This document shows positions 23,576 through 24,000 of a stretch of 24,000 nucleotides of DNA, piece after piece. The notes beneath the pieces are model-generated. The model was not told the origin of the DNA, did no database searches, and worked only from the letters and a program-made list of their open reading frames with translations. The DNA is taken from NCBI GenBank assembly GCA_018653365.1, contig JABIAG010000001.1, positions 137,031-161,030 of the forward strand, read 5' to 3'. Every line of letters begins with the position of its first letter. Position 1 is the stretch's first letter. A program made the translations under genes and the position numbers. Source of the stretch: Candidatus Woesearchaeota archaeon. Lineage in GTDB: Archaea; Nanobdellota; Nanobdellia; Woesearchaeales; JABIAG01.

Positions 23576-24000
23576 TTACGCTGGCGGCGTCATAGAAAGA
23601 AGTTTAACTGCTAATGACGCAACAATCAATAAAAATATAACACCCATTACTTTCGGATGAAAAATAGTTCTAGTAACATCCTCATTAAAGTCTGCCGAAC
23701 CTTCTGTTTCTTCCCCATCTACTGCACTGCTGCCTCCAGCAATAACATCTCCAAATACCTGAGAAAGTCCAAATAAGAAAATAGCAATACTAAAACCAAC
23801 AATTACCCATATAACTAGTTTATCTTTAACAAAATAGTTTGTAATTACATCTCCTTTAACACCAAATGCCATCATTAGTAATAAGATAAGGAAGATTACA
23901 ACCATAACAAAAACAAACCAAGGAGCCATTATTGTAATTAAAGCAACAATTGGCGGAAAGAATAAAGTTAAAGAAGCTAAAACTAATGCAACAATTGCAT
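23576..24000 (-). CDS. membrane protein, 5' end probably beyond the window
   Basis: The track starts at ATG 23929, but the frame stays open and hydrophobic to the window end (..AIVALVLASLTLFFPPIVALITI-MAPWFVFV..). There are several TM segments and an acidic loop DGEETEGSADFNED. Confidence 0.6.
   Translation of the reverse strand, partial: AIVALVLASLTLFFPPIVALITIMAPWFVFVMVVIFLILLLMMAFGVKGDVITNYFVKDKLVIWVIVGFSIAIFLFGLSQVFGDVIAGGSSAVDGEETEGSADFNEDVTRTIFHPKVMGVIFLLIVASLAVKLLSMTPPA

Overview
Low-GC archaeal chromosome segment (protein-coding parts look roughly one-third G+C by eye). It fits best with a small-genome DPANN-type archaeon, but that lineage call is inference. Anchors are: (a) an archaeal rRNA operon, 16S - tRNA-Ala(UGC, intron-containing, G3:U70) - 23S, with long complementary processing stems and no linked 5S; (b) Orc1/Cdc6; (c) an Nre-family protein; (d) TATA boxes about 25-28 nt upstream of many ATGs, implying leaderless mRNAs, alongside GAGGTGAT Shine-Dalgarno sites complementary to the 16S 3' end. 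Bacterial-type genes are mixed in: DsbA-like oxidoreductase, DEDDh/DnaQ-like exonuclease, and a short AlaRS. I support about 30 protein genes. Five of them are absent from the supplied ORF track: one large edge-truncated radical SAM gene and four micro-ORFs. I see no CRISPR array, transposase, integrase or known defence-system core gene. The best leads for something undescribed are: (i) a translationally coupled pair of radical SAM genes at the left edge, a B12-binding class plus a small enzyme with a viperin-like motif order; (ii) an AT-rich orphan islet at 4.8-7.3 kb holding a structured non-coding region, three SD-led micro-ORFs and a 426-aa orphan with an HExxH motif; (iii) a three-gene secreted or membrane operon (lamin-tail-domain protein, anchored beta-rich protein, membrane-tethered OB-fold) that could bind extracellular nucleic acid or mediate cell contact. 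All three are hypotheses built from motifs read by eye. None is demonstrated.
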